Counted from the first letter of the stretch, positions 47,494 through 57,805 are shown. The stretch: DNA of 64,000 nt from Candidatus Zixiibacteriota bacterium (GCA_037441845.1 JBBIRK010000007.1:98575-162574); one strand, 5' to 3'. A program made the numbers and translations. Notes: a model not told the origin generated them from the sequence alone.

Positions 47494-49623
47494 ATGATTG
47501 ATCTCGGAAAAAAAATATCGATAATTCTGTTTATCGCCTCTGCCTTGATTTCAAATATTCTGTCCTGTTCGCAAACCGAAGTGCGCCCGGCCTATCCGGC
47601 CGCCAAAACGGTCGATGCGGCCGATACCCTTTTCGGCAAAATTATTCGCGATCCATATCGTTGGCTGGAATACACCGACAGCGCCGATGTTCAAGCATGG
47701 ACCGATGAAGAAAACCGCCTGACCATATCATATCTCGATAAATTGCCGCAGCGAAAAAGATTGAAAGCCAGATTCGAGGAAATCTGGAATTATCCAAAGA
47801 CCGGCATGCCGATCGAGCGCGACAAACGGTATTTTTTCTCGAAAAACGACGGCCTGCAAAACCACGGCGTAATCTATACTGCAGGAAATCTTACCGACAC
47901 GCCGTCCGTGGCCATCGATCCCAACGCTTGGAGCGAGGACGGTACCGTGGCCATGGACCACTGGGAGGCATCGAAAGACGGACGCTACATAGCCTATGGG
48001 CGTTCGCTTAAAGGCGCCGAGCGCGGCGTGTTAAGAATCCGCGACATCGAAAAAAAACAGGATCTGCCCGATTCCATCACCGATACGAGTTACCCCTCGG
48101 TGGCCTGGCTGAACGACAATAGCGGATTTTTCTACACCAGGAATCCTTCGCCGGGAACCGTGCCCCCGGGCGACGAAAACTATTTCGATAAAATCTATTT
48201 CCATCGGCTGGGAAGCGACATGACGCAGGATCGGCTGATTTACGAGCGGCCGGATATAAAAGAACTCGGGTTGAGCGCCCAGTTGTCGGAAGATGGAAAG
48301 CATCTCTTGATTTACGGCTACCTCGGATCGAGCAGGAAAAACGAGGTTTATTACATGCCGCTTGCGCGAGAATCGGGAATCAAGCCGATAATCAGCGGAT
48401 TCAAATTCGAATACAGGGGCGCGGCGATCGACAGCAATTTTTACGTGATGACCAACGAAAACGCCCCGTACGGCAAGATTATCCTGATCAATCTGAACAA
48501 ACCCGAACGCAAAAACTGGAAGACGATCGTCCCCGAATCGAACGACATTCTTGAAAACTTCTATGCCGTCAACGGGCACCTTATATTGTTGTATCTGCAT
48601 AACGCCTATTCGACGGTCAAGGTTTTTCGTCCCGACGGCGGTTTCGTCAACGAGATCAAGCTGCCGACACTCGGTTCGGTCAACGGGGTTTCAGGACGTT
48701 GGAACGATGATGAAATATATATCGACTTCCATTCGTTTACTTTTCCTTACACGATCTATCGCTATGATTTGCCGAAAAACGAACTGGTTTTTTATCATCG
48801 CAATCCGGTCAAGATCGATCCCTCCGGATACGAAACGAAACAGGTATGGTATAAATCCAAAGACGGGACGCCGATTTCGATGTTCGTGGTTCATAAGCAG
48901 GGAATCAAGCTCGACGGTAAAAACCCGACTTTGCTTTACGGCTACGGCGGATTCACCACCACCATGACGCCTTATTTTTCGTCAACCACGTTCGTTCTGT
49001 TGGAGAACGGGTTCGTTTACGCCATGCCTAATCTTCGCGGCGGCGGCGAATACGGCGATGAGTGGCACAAAGCGGGTATGTTGGAAAAAAAGCAGAACGT
49101 ATTCGATGATTTCATCGCCGCCGCCGAATGGCTGATCGCGAACGGTTATACCAACCCTGGGAAACTGGCGATCTCGGGCGGTTCGAACGGAGGATTGTTG
49201 GTGGGAGCGGTTATGGTGCAGAGGCCGGAACTGTTCCGGGCGGTGGTCTGCGGCGCACCGTTACTGGACATGGTTCGTTATCATATGTTCAATATCGCCA
49301 GATACTGGATCCCGGAATACGGCAGTTCCGAGGATTCGACGCAACTCGATTTTCTATTGGCTTATTCGCCTTACCACAATATACGGCACAATATCGCCTA
49401 CCCGGCGGCGCTGTTCCAATCGGGCGAGACCGATTGGCGGACTCATCCGTTGCATGCCCGCAAGATGGTGGCGGCGTTGCAGGCGGCAACCACCGGCACC
49501 GCCCCAATTCTGCTCGATATGGAACGCAAGACCGGCCACGGCTGGGGGATGCCGCTTTCGCTGCAGCTGGAGAAATACGCCGACGAGTATGCCTTTCTGT
49601 TCTGGCAGTTGGGGGTGAAGTAG
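47494..49623 (+). CDS. Prolyl oligopeptidase (S9A), probable lipoprotein
   Basis: DPYRWLE, SKDGT, LYGYGGF, RGGGEYG, nucleophile GGSNGG and TGHG. Lipobox ILSC; SD AAGGAG before MIDLGK. Confidence 0.92.
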   Translation: MIDLGKKISIILFIASALISNILSCSQTEVRPAYPAAKTVDAADTLFGKIIRDPYRWLEYTDSADVQAWTDEENRLTISYLDKLPQRKRLKARFEEIWNYPKTGMPIERDKRYFFSKNDGLQNHGVIYTAGNLTDTPSVAIDPNAWSEDGTVAMDHWEASKDGRYIAYGRSLKGAERGVLRIRDIEKKQDLPDSITDTSYPSVAWLNDNSGFFYTRNPSPGTVPPGDENYFDKIYFHRLGSDMTQDRLIYERPDIKELGLSAQLSEDGKHLLIYGYLGSSRKNEVYYMPLARESGIKPIISGFKFEYRGAAIDSNFYVMTNENAPYGKIILINLNKPERKNWKTIVPESNDILENFYAVNGHLILLYLHNAYSTVKVFRPDGGFVNEIKLPTLGSVNGVSGRWNDDEIYIDFHSFTFPYTIYRYDLPKNELVFYHRNPVKIDPSGYETKQVWYKSKDGTPISMFVVHKQGIKLDGKNPTLLYGYGGFTTTMTPYFSSTTFVLLENGFVYAMPNLRGGGEYGDEWHKAGMLEKKQNVFDDFIAAAEWLIANGYTNPGKLAISGGSNGGLLVGAVMVQRPELFRAVVCGAPLLDMVRYHMFNIARYWIPEYGSSEDSTQLDFLLAYSPYHNIRHNIAYPAALFQSGETDWRTHPLHARKMVAALQAATTGTAPILLDMERKTGHGWGMPLSLQLEKYADEYAFLFWQLGVK

Positions 49624-49982
49624 GGGGATACGGGAAAAGCTATTAGACAAAAACCAGCCGTAAAAAAATCTGAATAATTAGGGGCTTATGGCAGGTCAAG
49701 GCATGCCCGTGAACATAACGAATCATTACATGCGCGGTATATGCCTTTGCTGTCTAAAAATATTCGGGATAAATCCAGGCCGTATGTGGCGGAATTGCAA
49801 ATCGGGGGCTTCCGCACCGGAAATAATCTACATCATATTTCAAAATAGCGTCAATTCCTAATAATATGAAATCATTCCCCTTCCGGCAATAGCCATTCCC
49901 CACCGACTCAACTAAACGGACTGATAAAACTGAACTTCCAACGACTGGCGTCGGAGTTATAACGATGTTCCGATACTCTCCT

Positions 49983-51899
49983 TTACCTCAGCAACGTCAC
50001 CTTTCCACCGGCCGATTCCCGGCCCGCCTTGAGGCTGAATAGATAAACTCCGCTCGAAATCCCATCCCTGCCGGAAACATCCCAGGTCAGGCTGTTCTCA
50101 CCGGCTACACCTTCGCCTTCGAACTCAGCGACGAGTCGCCCGGCAATATCGTAAATTCCAAGCTTATACACGGCAGGTTCCGGCAAAGAGAATTTAACAA
50201 CCGTGCTGCTGTTGAACGGATTCGGATAGCTTATAAGCGAAATTCGATCGGGTACCGCCAGTTCGTGATCTGAAATCGAAGTGCTTGCTTGACCGCCGGA
50301 AATGAGAAACACCTTGCCGCCCACATTGTTCAAGAACTGGGTGCCGGCGATCACGTCGGCTAAGCCATCGCCGTTGACATCGCCGATGCCCCGAACGCTG
50401 AAAATTTTGTAACCAGTGGGACAGTTCCAAAGGATGTTGCCGTTGGATCCGTCGGCTAAAAACACCTGACCGGTGAAAGAACCGTAAATGACCTCGACTA
50501 TCCCGTCACCGGTGACATCGGCCGTGTAATCGATCGCCCAGACGTCATCGCCGCCGTATGCCATCCACAGTATCGACCCATCGGCGCCGGAAAGCGCATA
50601 CGCCGAATTCTCCCACGAAGCCACCAAAACATCCTCGATACCGTCGCCGTTCAAGTCGGGGCAGGCGACCACCCGCATGATATAGCTGGCGAACGAACGT
50701 TGCCAGAGAACCTGGCCGTTGCCGAATCTGTATCCGTTCCAGGCGATAACGCGGCTCGGCGTGGAGCCTACCGCCCAGGTTCCGCTGATTACGTCGCGAT
50801 AACCGTCGTTATTGATATCGCCGATCGTGGTCACGCAATAAGTAGATTGCAAAATATTGAACTCCCACAAGCTGACACCGTTGCCGTTGGAACCCCCGGA
50901 TACGCAATACATTCTGCGACCGTTATCGGCGGATCCGAAAACGCATTCGTCACTGGAATCAGCGTTGATATCAGCCAACCTGGCGACCGACATAACCGCA
51001 TCTTCGGCCTGTTTCTGCCAGCGCACCGCACCCGTAGCGCCATCGAAACAGAACACCTTATCGCAATCGCTTCCCGCTCCGGCGAAAATCTCGGGAACAC
51101 CGTCACCGTTCATATCGTTGGCCTCGACCACCGAATAGACCCATCCCGATGGCGGGTTTTGATAAGTGTCGAATGACCAAATCGTCTGGCCTGTCATGCC
51201 GTCGATCACGAACACCGAGCGGCTGCCCCAGGCTGTCCCGAGCAAGATATCACCCCGACCGTCGCCGTTATGATCGCTGCCGTAATTCAAGCAGGCATCG
51301 CCCCAACCACCGGAATTCGACGGCCCGCCGATAGGTCTGGCCGACCAAAGCACATCCGGATTGCCATCGCCGGAACCCGAAAAGCACACCAGATTATCGC
51401 CGGTGGCGCCGGCATCGAATCCCTCGGCCACTACATCCGGGAATCCGTCACCGTTGTAATCCTCGGTGGCGGCCACGCAGACCACGTCCTCGATATGCTG
51501 ATATATCCATATAGGCTCGCCCGGATAAAACGAGCGCACACCCCGGGCGACCGTGGTCAGGAACACTACCGGATTGGCTTGGTTATTGTAATGAAAACCA
51601 ATAACCCCGCTGAAATCGGCGGTTTCCGTAGGCCGGAATTCTATTGCGATTTCGACCGTGTCGCCCGGCGGTATCGGATTCGCCGGGAAATGCGGCCGAT
51701 AAGCGGGATCGCAAATCGCCGAATCGATAACTGCGAGCTGATCGCCGATATTAACCAGCTTCAATTGCCGGCTATGGCTGCCGCCCTCGGATACATAACC
51801 GAATTTGAGCGTGTCGGGAATAAGATCCAGAAGCGGCGAAGAATAAGCGCTTAGGCTCAGCCCAATAATGATACAAAGAATCAAAATGCTCTTTTTCAT
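49983..51899 (-). CDS. Secreted protein: Ig-like N-domain, FG-GAP/PQQ-like propeller and FlgD-Ig/T9SS-type CTD
   Basis: Signal peptide MKKSIL…; repeated DxNGDGxxD plus 'G.TG..IW' blades; SYPNPFN…SGVYL…KVTLLR. Confidence 0.82.
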   Translation of the reverse strand: MKKSILILCIIIGLSLSAYSSPLLDLIPDTLKFGYVSEGGSHSRQLKLVNIGDQLAVIDSAICDPAYRPHFPANPIPPGDTVEIAIEFRPTETADFSGVIGFHYNNQANPVVFLTTVARGVRSFYPGEPIWIYQHIEDVVCVAATEDYNGDGFPDVVAEGFDAGATGDNLVCFSGSGDGNPDVLWSARPIGGPSNSGGWGDACLNYGSDHNGDGRGDILLGTAWGSRSVFVIDGMTGQTIWSFDTYQNPPSGWVYSVVEANDMNGDGVPEIFAGAGSDCDKVFCFDGATGAVRWQKQAEDAVMSVARLADINADSSDECVFGSADNGRRMYCVSGGSNGNGVSLWEFNILQSTYCVTTIGDINNDGYRDVISGTWAVGSTPSRVIAWNGYRFGNGQVLWQRSFASYIMRVVACPDLNGDGIEDVLVASWENSAYALSGADGSILWMAYGGDDVWAIDYTADVTGDGIVEVIYGSFTGQVFLADGSNGNILWNCPTGYKIFSVRGIGDVNGDGLADVIAGTQFLNNVGGKVFLISGGQASTSISDHELAVPDRISLISYPNPFNSSTVVKFSLPEPAVYKLGIYDIAGRLVAEFEGEGVAGENSLTWDVSGRDGISSGVYLFSLKAGRESAGGKVTLLR

Positions 51900-51939
51900 A
51901 CTCTCATTTCCTCCAAACAACAGGACTTAGCCCTCTTTT

Positions 51940-53790
51940 CTATTTTATTAATAGCATCTTTCTGGCAAAATCGTTCTCTCCGGCCTGCACTCTATAGAAA
52001 TAAATTCCGGAGGATACGGGGTTTCCGCCTTCGTCCAAGCCGTTCCAATTAAAATCGTGGCGTCCTTCGGGAATCGTTCCCAAATCATGAGAGGCGATAC
52101 GGCGACCGGTGATATCGTAAATATCGATCCGGACTGCGGCCTCGTCGGGCAAATCGAACATGATTTTGGTCATTTGATTGAAAGGATTCGGGTAATTTTG
52201 GTGCAAACGCCACTCTCCGGGAATGACGTCGTTCTCAAACCCCGATTGGGTTTCGACGAAAAAAACTCCTTTATTCGAATACGGTCCCCAGCCGTTATTG
52301 TTGCCGCCCTTGACCCGCCAATAGTAGCGGCCGTCGTCGAACGTGAATCCGGAAGTATAACCGGAAGCGGCGACATTGGAATCGAGCAGGACAAGCCAAC
52401 TGAACATCGTATCAAGCGCCACTTCTATCAAATACCTGCTTGCGTATGGCGAATCGCTCCAATCGAAATCGACGGTATCCGGATGCAGTGTATCCCCGGC
52501 CGCCGGAAAAATGAGTTGCGGAGCCGGAGGTCTCGGGTTAATCGGGCCCAGCAATACATTGACCTCGGTGGGTTGATTCGCCCCGACCGTGACGGCCACT
52601 TGTTTAGTGCGGTAACCGCTTTTCAGGAAACGCAGGTTATAGTTGCCGGGAGCCAGGACTCTGCGGTAGCGTCCGAAATCAGGACGGGACAAGCGCGGAT
52701 TGATATCGGCATTGATCCGTTCCAGCACCTGAACCTCGGCCTCGAGCGGCTCGAGTGTGATCGAATCGCGGATTATACCGGTGATCCCCGGCCCCAGGGC
52801 GCGGCTCATTAAATAATACTGCCCCGGCAGGTTGCGGGCCACTATCCCATCGACCATGGCCGGATTCTGAATAGTCGTATCGGAAACCTCGACCGAAAAG
52901 GCGATAGTGCCGAAATTGCCGTAAAAATATGTCTTGAGATCGCCTTTGTCCACCAACGCCCGGCGAGCCTCGTAGCATGAATCGCCGGCGTCATTGACGA
53001 TCCTTAGACAGAAAGCGTCGCAGATTTGTTTCATCAACGCCTCGTCCGGCGCCATCCCATGCCCGCCCTGATTGGAATACCAATACCACGGATAATAGGC
53101 CACCTCGGAGCGACCATAGGTGGGCGAATGGTAGTCCAGGGCGACGATAGGACGATATTTCCAGGCGAACGCCGCCATGGCGATATTTTCCGTTTGGGTG
53201 AATGGAGCCGGTCCTCGATACATAAGGCTTTCCGGCGTGGTGGCCGCGGGATCGGTGTCGATAGACCAGCCGAAATCGTAATTGCGGTTGTTATCGACCC
53301 CGTCATGGAAATCGAATATTCCATTTCGATCATTGTCGCATTTGTTCTTGCGCCAAGCGAGATTCCCCTGTTCGACCACAAGGTGGCCTTCGGGATTTAT
53401 GAACGGCACGACGAACAATTCGAACGTGTTTATATACCTGATCGCCTGAGTGTCCCCCTGGGAATAACGGCGGATTATATCCTGCGCAAAATTGAGGACC
53501 ACCTCGACCCCGAGCACCTCATCGGCGTGAACGCCGCCGCAATAAAACACCGCAGGTTCGTCCTCATCTATCGCCGGATTATCGGAAATTTTCAGCCGCA
53601 ACATGGGGATACTGTCACGGGTCGAATACCCCATCGTGTCTAAGACCAAAATCTCAGGAAAAGCATCGCGCAAAGTTGCCAGCGTGTCCAAAACTTCCTG
53701 GTACGTATGGTATCGATCCGGCAATGCCTGTGTCATACCGGTGATCTGAATTGCAAAAATAAAGAACAAGACCAAAAACGATTTGCTCAT
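51940..53790 (-). CDS. Secreted M14 zinc carboxypeptidase with CarboxypepD_reg-like and Ig domains and FlgD-Ig/T9SS-type CTD
   Basis: HADE zinc motif, NPEG, WRKN, GVDNNRNY, DYHS and catalytic Glu (SVEV); QNYPNPFN…SGIYFY…KMLLIK. Confidence 0.9.
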   Translation of the reverse strand: MSKSFLVLFFIFAIQITGMTQALPDRYHTYQEVLDTLATLRDAFPEILVLDTMGYSTRDSIPMLRLKISDNPAIDEDEPAVFYCGGVHADEVLGVEVVLNFAQDIIRRYSQGDTQAIRYINTFELFVVPFINPEGHLVVEQGNLAWRKNKCDNDRNGIFDFHDGVDNNRNYDFGWSIDTDPAATTPESLMYRGPAPFTQTENIAMAAFAWKYRPIVALDYHSPTYGRSEVAYYPWYWYSNQGGHGMAPDEALMKQICDAFCLRIVNDAGDSCYEARRALVDKGDLKTYFYGNFGTIAFSVEVSDTTIQNPAMVDGIVARNLPGQYYLMSRALGPGITGIIRDSITLEPLEAEVQVLERINADINPRLSRPDFGRYRRVLAPGNYNLRFLKSGYRTKQVAVTVGANQPTEVNVLLGPINPRPPAPQLIFPAAGDTLHPDTVDFDWSDSPYASRYLIEVALDTMFSWLVLLDSNVAASGYTSGFTFDDGRYYWRVKGGNNNGWGPYSNKGVFFVETQSGFENDVIPGEWRLHQNYPNPFNQMTKIMFDLPDEAAVRIDIYDITGRRIASHDLGTIPEGRHDFNWNGLDEGGNPVSSGIYFYRVQAGENDFARKMLLIK

Positions 53791-53835
53791 CATGACTCCC
53801 GAAAAAGATTTATTGCGGTCAAGCATTTATATCCC

Positions 53836-53863
53836 AATATATTGCCTTTGCTCGATTTGTCAA
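53836..53863 (-). promoter_or_regulatory. Putative sigma-70 promoter of the M14/FG-GAP pair
   Basis: TTGACA-N16-TATATT. A palindrome ATTGCC-N6-GGCAAT lies just upstream (~53886-53903). Confidence 0.55.
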
Positions 53864-54096
53864 GCCTTGTCGTCCGTTCTAACCGATTGCCAATCAAGGC
53901 AATAAATTAATTTTTGGTCGGCACCCATATTTCCGTTAAGCAAAATTCTCTCCCTGTTATATAAAACATATATGACGGCTTTTTTGTGTCATTAATCGCG
54001 CCGGCGATCGCGGAAAAATCTTCGGACTCGATCGCGATCGGAATAAGCCCGCATGATTCCTTGACAAATCCGCCCCGATTGCCTTTCTATATCATC

Positions 54097-55377
54097 ATGG
54101 AAAAAAATGACCAGGCGAAAAACCAGGGAAAATCCGTTTTCTGGCCCAACCTATTGCACTTCTATCAGCCGCCCGATCAAGACCGCAACCTGCTGGAAAC
54201 GATCGTCAACGAGGCTTATAGGCCGGTCATATCGTTGTTTGAAAATATCAAGAGCGCCAAAGCCACCATCAATATCCCGGCTTGCACAATCGAACTTTTG
54301 ATAAGAACCGGTTTCGGCGATCTTATCACACGTTTAAGAGCGCTTGCCGAAATCGGGCGGATCGAGCTGACGTTGACTCCAAAATTTCATTTGATCATGC
54401 CTATTTACCCCGAGGAGGAAGTCGAAAGGCAGATAACTTTGAACCAAAAGGTGGGAAAGCGCTATTTCGGCTATACTTTTGTTCCACGGGGTTTGTACTC
54501 GCCAGAGCTGGCTTACGAAACGCAGGTGGCCAAGACCGCGGTGCGCCATGGTTGCCGCTGGCTGGCGGTCGATGAGATCGCGATTCATGGCAGCCTGGGT
54601 CAGCCGATATTCGACAGGCTCTACATGGATAAATCGGCCGGCGGCCTCATACTGGTGCCGCGAAATCGACGACTTTCCGAGGCTCTGGCGGGTTCGATTT
54701 TCTCCCGTGATGACGTAGGCAGCGCCGATGATTTCGCCAAGCTGGCGCTGGGATCGCAGCCGCGTTACGTTTTCACCGCGGTGGATGTCGAACATTTCGG
54801 CCATCATATCAAAGACAGGCATAAGCTGTTGAGTCAATTGTATCAGCATCCGCAGTTGGTCCCTCTTACGGTATCGGAGCTTCTTTCTCATGTGCGCAAG
54901 AAAGATTATTGCCGTCCCCGTGCTTCCGATTGGACCTCGACGCCGGAGGAACTGAAAAGCAGGCAACTGTTTTATACCTGGAATGACCCCCAAAATAAAA
55001 TTCATCAGACCCTTTGGGAATTATATCGTTTGGCCATGGATGAAATAAAAAACGCGTCGGCCAATGGCGACCTTCAGCATATCCGGGCTCGGGAGGCGTT
55101 GAGCGCGGCCGCTCCCTCGTGCGGCTTCTTTTGGGCGTCATGTCGGCCTTGGTGGTATGGCGTCTATCCCGAAAATATGGCCACCAATATCTGTCTGGCG
55201 TTGTTTTCCCTCATGGCGCCGTCGCCCAAGGCCAAAGACAAGGCGTTCAAACTAAGACAGACCGTCTATGACCTGGTAGCCGAATATAACCAAAACGGCA
55301 CAGCCAGAAAACTACAGATAGAATATCTTAAGTCCAGAGGAATCAATTCGAGAAAATTTTTCGAACGGACGGGATAA
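54097..55377 (+). CDS. Glycoside hydrolase family 57-like protein
   Basis: CSR1-like LHFYQP, nucleophile-region GLYSPELAY, acid/base-region VDVEHFGHH and SCGFFW. Start set at MEKND. Confidence 0.78.
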   Translation: MEKNDQAKNQGKSVFWPNLLHFYQPPDQDRNLLETIVNEAYRPVISLFENIKSAKATINIPACTIELLIRTGFGDLITRLRALAEIGRIELTLTPKFHLIMPIYPEEEVERQITLNQKVGKRYFGYTFVPRGLYSPELAYETQVAKTAVRHGCRWLAVDEIAIHGSLGQPIFDRLYMDKSAGGLILVPRNRRLSEALAGSIFSRDDVGSADDFAKLALGSQPRYVFTAVDVEHFGHHIKDRHKLLSQLYQHPQLVPLTVSELLSHVRKKDYCRPRASDWTSTPEELKSRQLFYTWNDPQNKIHQTLWELYRLAMDEIKNASANGDLQHIRAREALSAAAPSCGFFWASCRPWWYGVYPENMATNICLALFSLMAPSPKAKDKAFKLRQTVYDLVAEYNQNGTARKLQIEYLKSRGINSRKFFERTG

Positions 55378-55570
55378 AAAGAAAAAAAGAAAATTCGTAA
55401 CAATCCCCACTCAGCGGAAAATCGCCGAACGGATCCCCCAAAAAATCCAAGGAATCCAGATCGTCGTAATCGAAACCCGAATTCGGTTTTTTTGCGTCAT
55501 GCCTCGATAAATCGACCCGGAAATCCCCCAAGAACAACGCTCGATTTCACCACGGCTTTTTACTGCCCGC

Positions 55571-57427
55571 TCATTTTATCAGGGTCAACTTGCCTATACG
55601 CTGGATGCCGACTGCGCTCAGTTTATAGTAATAGACGCCGGAGGACATCGCATCAGCGTTCCAGCTCAATGTCTGACGCCCCGCTTCGTACGATTTCGTG
55701 CTCGTGAACGCAAGCCTTCCGAGCGGGTCGAAAATATCGAGGGTCACCACCGCCGGCCGGGTCAACTCGAAAGAAACCGTCGTTCGGGAATTGAACGGGT
55801 TCGGATACACCGCCCGGACAGACAAATCTTCAGGGACGGCCGACCAATCTTCCTCGTCAAGTTCGGTTATCACGGGCGCGAACTCCGACGACCATAGTAA
55901 GTCTCCCGGGTCGTGGGTGATCGTGTCGGCGTCGGCGTCCGCGGTGGGATCGGCGGGGCCGATGGCAACCAGCTGATGGCCCACGAAGCCCGCCAGACGG
56001 ATTCTTACATCAAGCCAATTCTGTATATTCTCAGCATTGACCGAGCCTCGCCAATCGATCAGATATAGATTTATACGATTCAGATTATATCGATACCTCA
56101 TCAACACCAAAGAACCATCGATGGCGGCAAGATAAATGTCGGTGCCGTTCCAGTGAAATATGCGGGTGAACGGCTCGAACGTCCGCTGCCAGCGATATAC
56201 GTCGCCGTGGAAAGAGCTGACGGTTACGGAAACGGAATCGCTGTCGTTCAGCGGCACCTCCGGTTCTATCGCCGCATCCAGCCAGGTGATATCGCTGCGT
56301 CGGGGAGACCTCAGGAAAAATTTTAACTTATTCACGTGCACCGACAAAGTATCTTCGGGCTCCTCCGGGATAACGATTCTCTTGCAGGCCATTCCTCCAC
56401 CGAAACTGGTGACCCACACATTGCCGTTGTAATCGAAGGCGATGTCCGAGTAAAATTGACCCCATACGAGGCCGGAATCACCCGGCAGATATGAGCGCCA
56501 TTGCAACAAATCCGAAAGCACGCTGATCCCGTAATTGGTGCCGATCCAGAGATCGCCGTTATCGGGCCGGATTTCCATCGAGTAGATATAATCGGCGACC
56601 AGAGGCGAATTGGCGCTGGTGTAACGGGTCCAGTTATCTCCGTCTTTTTCGGTCAGGCCGAATCCGAAACTGCCGAAATATACTTTGCCGTTGAAATTAT
56701 TCGTTTTGATCAATTGAACTCTATTCGAGGGCAAACCACTGTTGCCGGTGTTGTAATTCCGCCAGGTGGCGCCGTCATATGCCACCGCACCACCGTCGAG
56801 CGTGGCGATCCAGAGGATATTATTTCCAGCGTCATAATCGATCGCCTTGATGTAATCGGTGGGAAGATATGTTCCGATGGGAACCTTGAACGTCTGCATC
56901 TGCGAATCGGCGTAGCTGAATTCAGTGCGATATTGAGCCTGATATCTGATCCACCCCTGAGAATCGAACAAGGTGATGCCGCCGCCATAGGTGGCTATCG
57001 CCCGATAAGCGGGGGTCGATATCATACCGGTCACGATAGGACTGATCTCGATTCCGGCGTCGTTACGCCTCCAGGTGGAATCCGATAATCTGAGAACCGA
57101 CACTCCTTCGCCGAATGCGAATTGATCCAGGTCCCCCGAGGCGGTGCCCACGAATAACGTGTCCCCCACGGATAGTATATGCAAAGGATAATTGATCGGA
57201 ACGCCGGTCGAATTCCGGTCATGAATGCGCCATTGTCCACCCGTTTTGACGACCAAACCGCGCCCCTGCGTGCCCACCATCACTTGATTGTCAGGCTCGA
57301 TCGTCAGGCTTATCAAATAATCAGTGGGCAGCGGGCTGTTATCAACGGTGAACGCTTGCCACTGGGAAAACGCATTCGAAACCGCAAATATAAAAGCCAG
57401 AAATACGGAAATCCTCGCATGTTTCAT
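55571..57427 (-). CDS. Secreted Reg_prop beta-propeller protein with unassigned middle domain and T9SS-type CTD
   Basis: Signal peptide; repeated NSPL/NSGLPSN…LWIAT..GG blades; VYPNPFN…SGVYYY…KLTLIK. Confidence 0.8.
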   Translation of the reverse strand: MKHARISVFLAFIFAVSNAFSQWQAFTVDNSPLPTDYLISLTIEPDNQVMVGTQGRGLVVKTGGQWRIHDRNSTGVPINYPLHILSVGDTLFVGTASGDLDQFAFGEGVSVLRLSDSTWRRNDAGIEISPIVTGMISTPAYRAIATYGGGITLFDSQGWIRYQAQYRTEFSYADSQMQTFKVPIGTYLPTDYIKAIDYDAGNNILWIATLDGGAVAYDGATWRNYNTGNSGLPSNRVQLIKTNNFNGKVYFGSFGFGLTEKDGDNWTRYTSANSPLVADYIYSMEIRPDNGDLWIGTNYGISVLSDLLQWRSYLPGDSGLVWGQFYSDIAFDYNGNVWVTSFGGGMACKRIVIPEEPEDTLSVHVNKLKFFLRSPRRSDITWLDAAIEPEVPLNDSDSVSVTVSSFHGDVYRWQRTFEPFTRIFHWNGTDIYLAAIDGSLVLMRYRYNLNRINLYLIDWRGSVNAENIQNWLDVRIRLAGFVGHQLVAIGPADPTADADADTITHDPGDLLWSSEFAPVITELDEEDWSAVPEDLSVRAVYPNPFNSRTTVSFELTRPAVVTLDIFDPLGRLAFTSTKSYEAGRQTLSWNADAMSSGVYYYKLSAVGIQRIGKLTLIK

Positions 57428-57805
57428 CTTGTCTTCACCTTCCGCATTTCAAAGTTGACGTCATATCCAAAAACTGTTGCAAAATGCACACCTTAAATTC
57501 AAGCTTTCTGCATCGCTTTTTTAGAATTCGACAACCGTCTGTTCGTCAACACGATATCCGTCGGTCTGGTTTTCGAAAAGTGACTCTTCGCTTTTCTTCC
57601 GCCATCTAATCCACTTGACGATGTTCGATTTTTGGCAACCGGTCAAAAATTGAACAATCGCCGATTCAAGCAATATAAATTCCAAAAACCGCCAAAGCTA
57701 TTTTTTTTCCTAATTTAGACCACAAGTCCATGATATAATTAGAATTATAATTGGCCTGCCGATTGCGACGCGATCTCAAGTTCAGCGATATAACACAAAT
57801 GCCGC

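Noticed and set aside
51896..51907. ATG-AGA-GTA-TGA mini-ORF overlapping the FG-GAP gene start
   Set aside because: The SD is only 2 nt from this ATG, while its spacing suits the main ATG; likely chance.
55378..55570. AATC-rich gap encoding a D/F-rich 64-aa ORF and a Trp-rich 29-aa ORF on the - strand
   Set aside because: The repeats are irregular (not CRISPR or tandem), the SDs are poor, and there are no neighbouring modification or Trp-biosynthesis genes to support a precursor or leader peptide.
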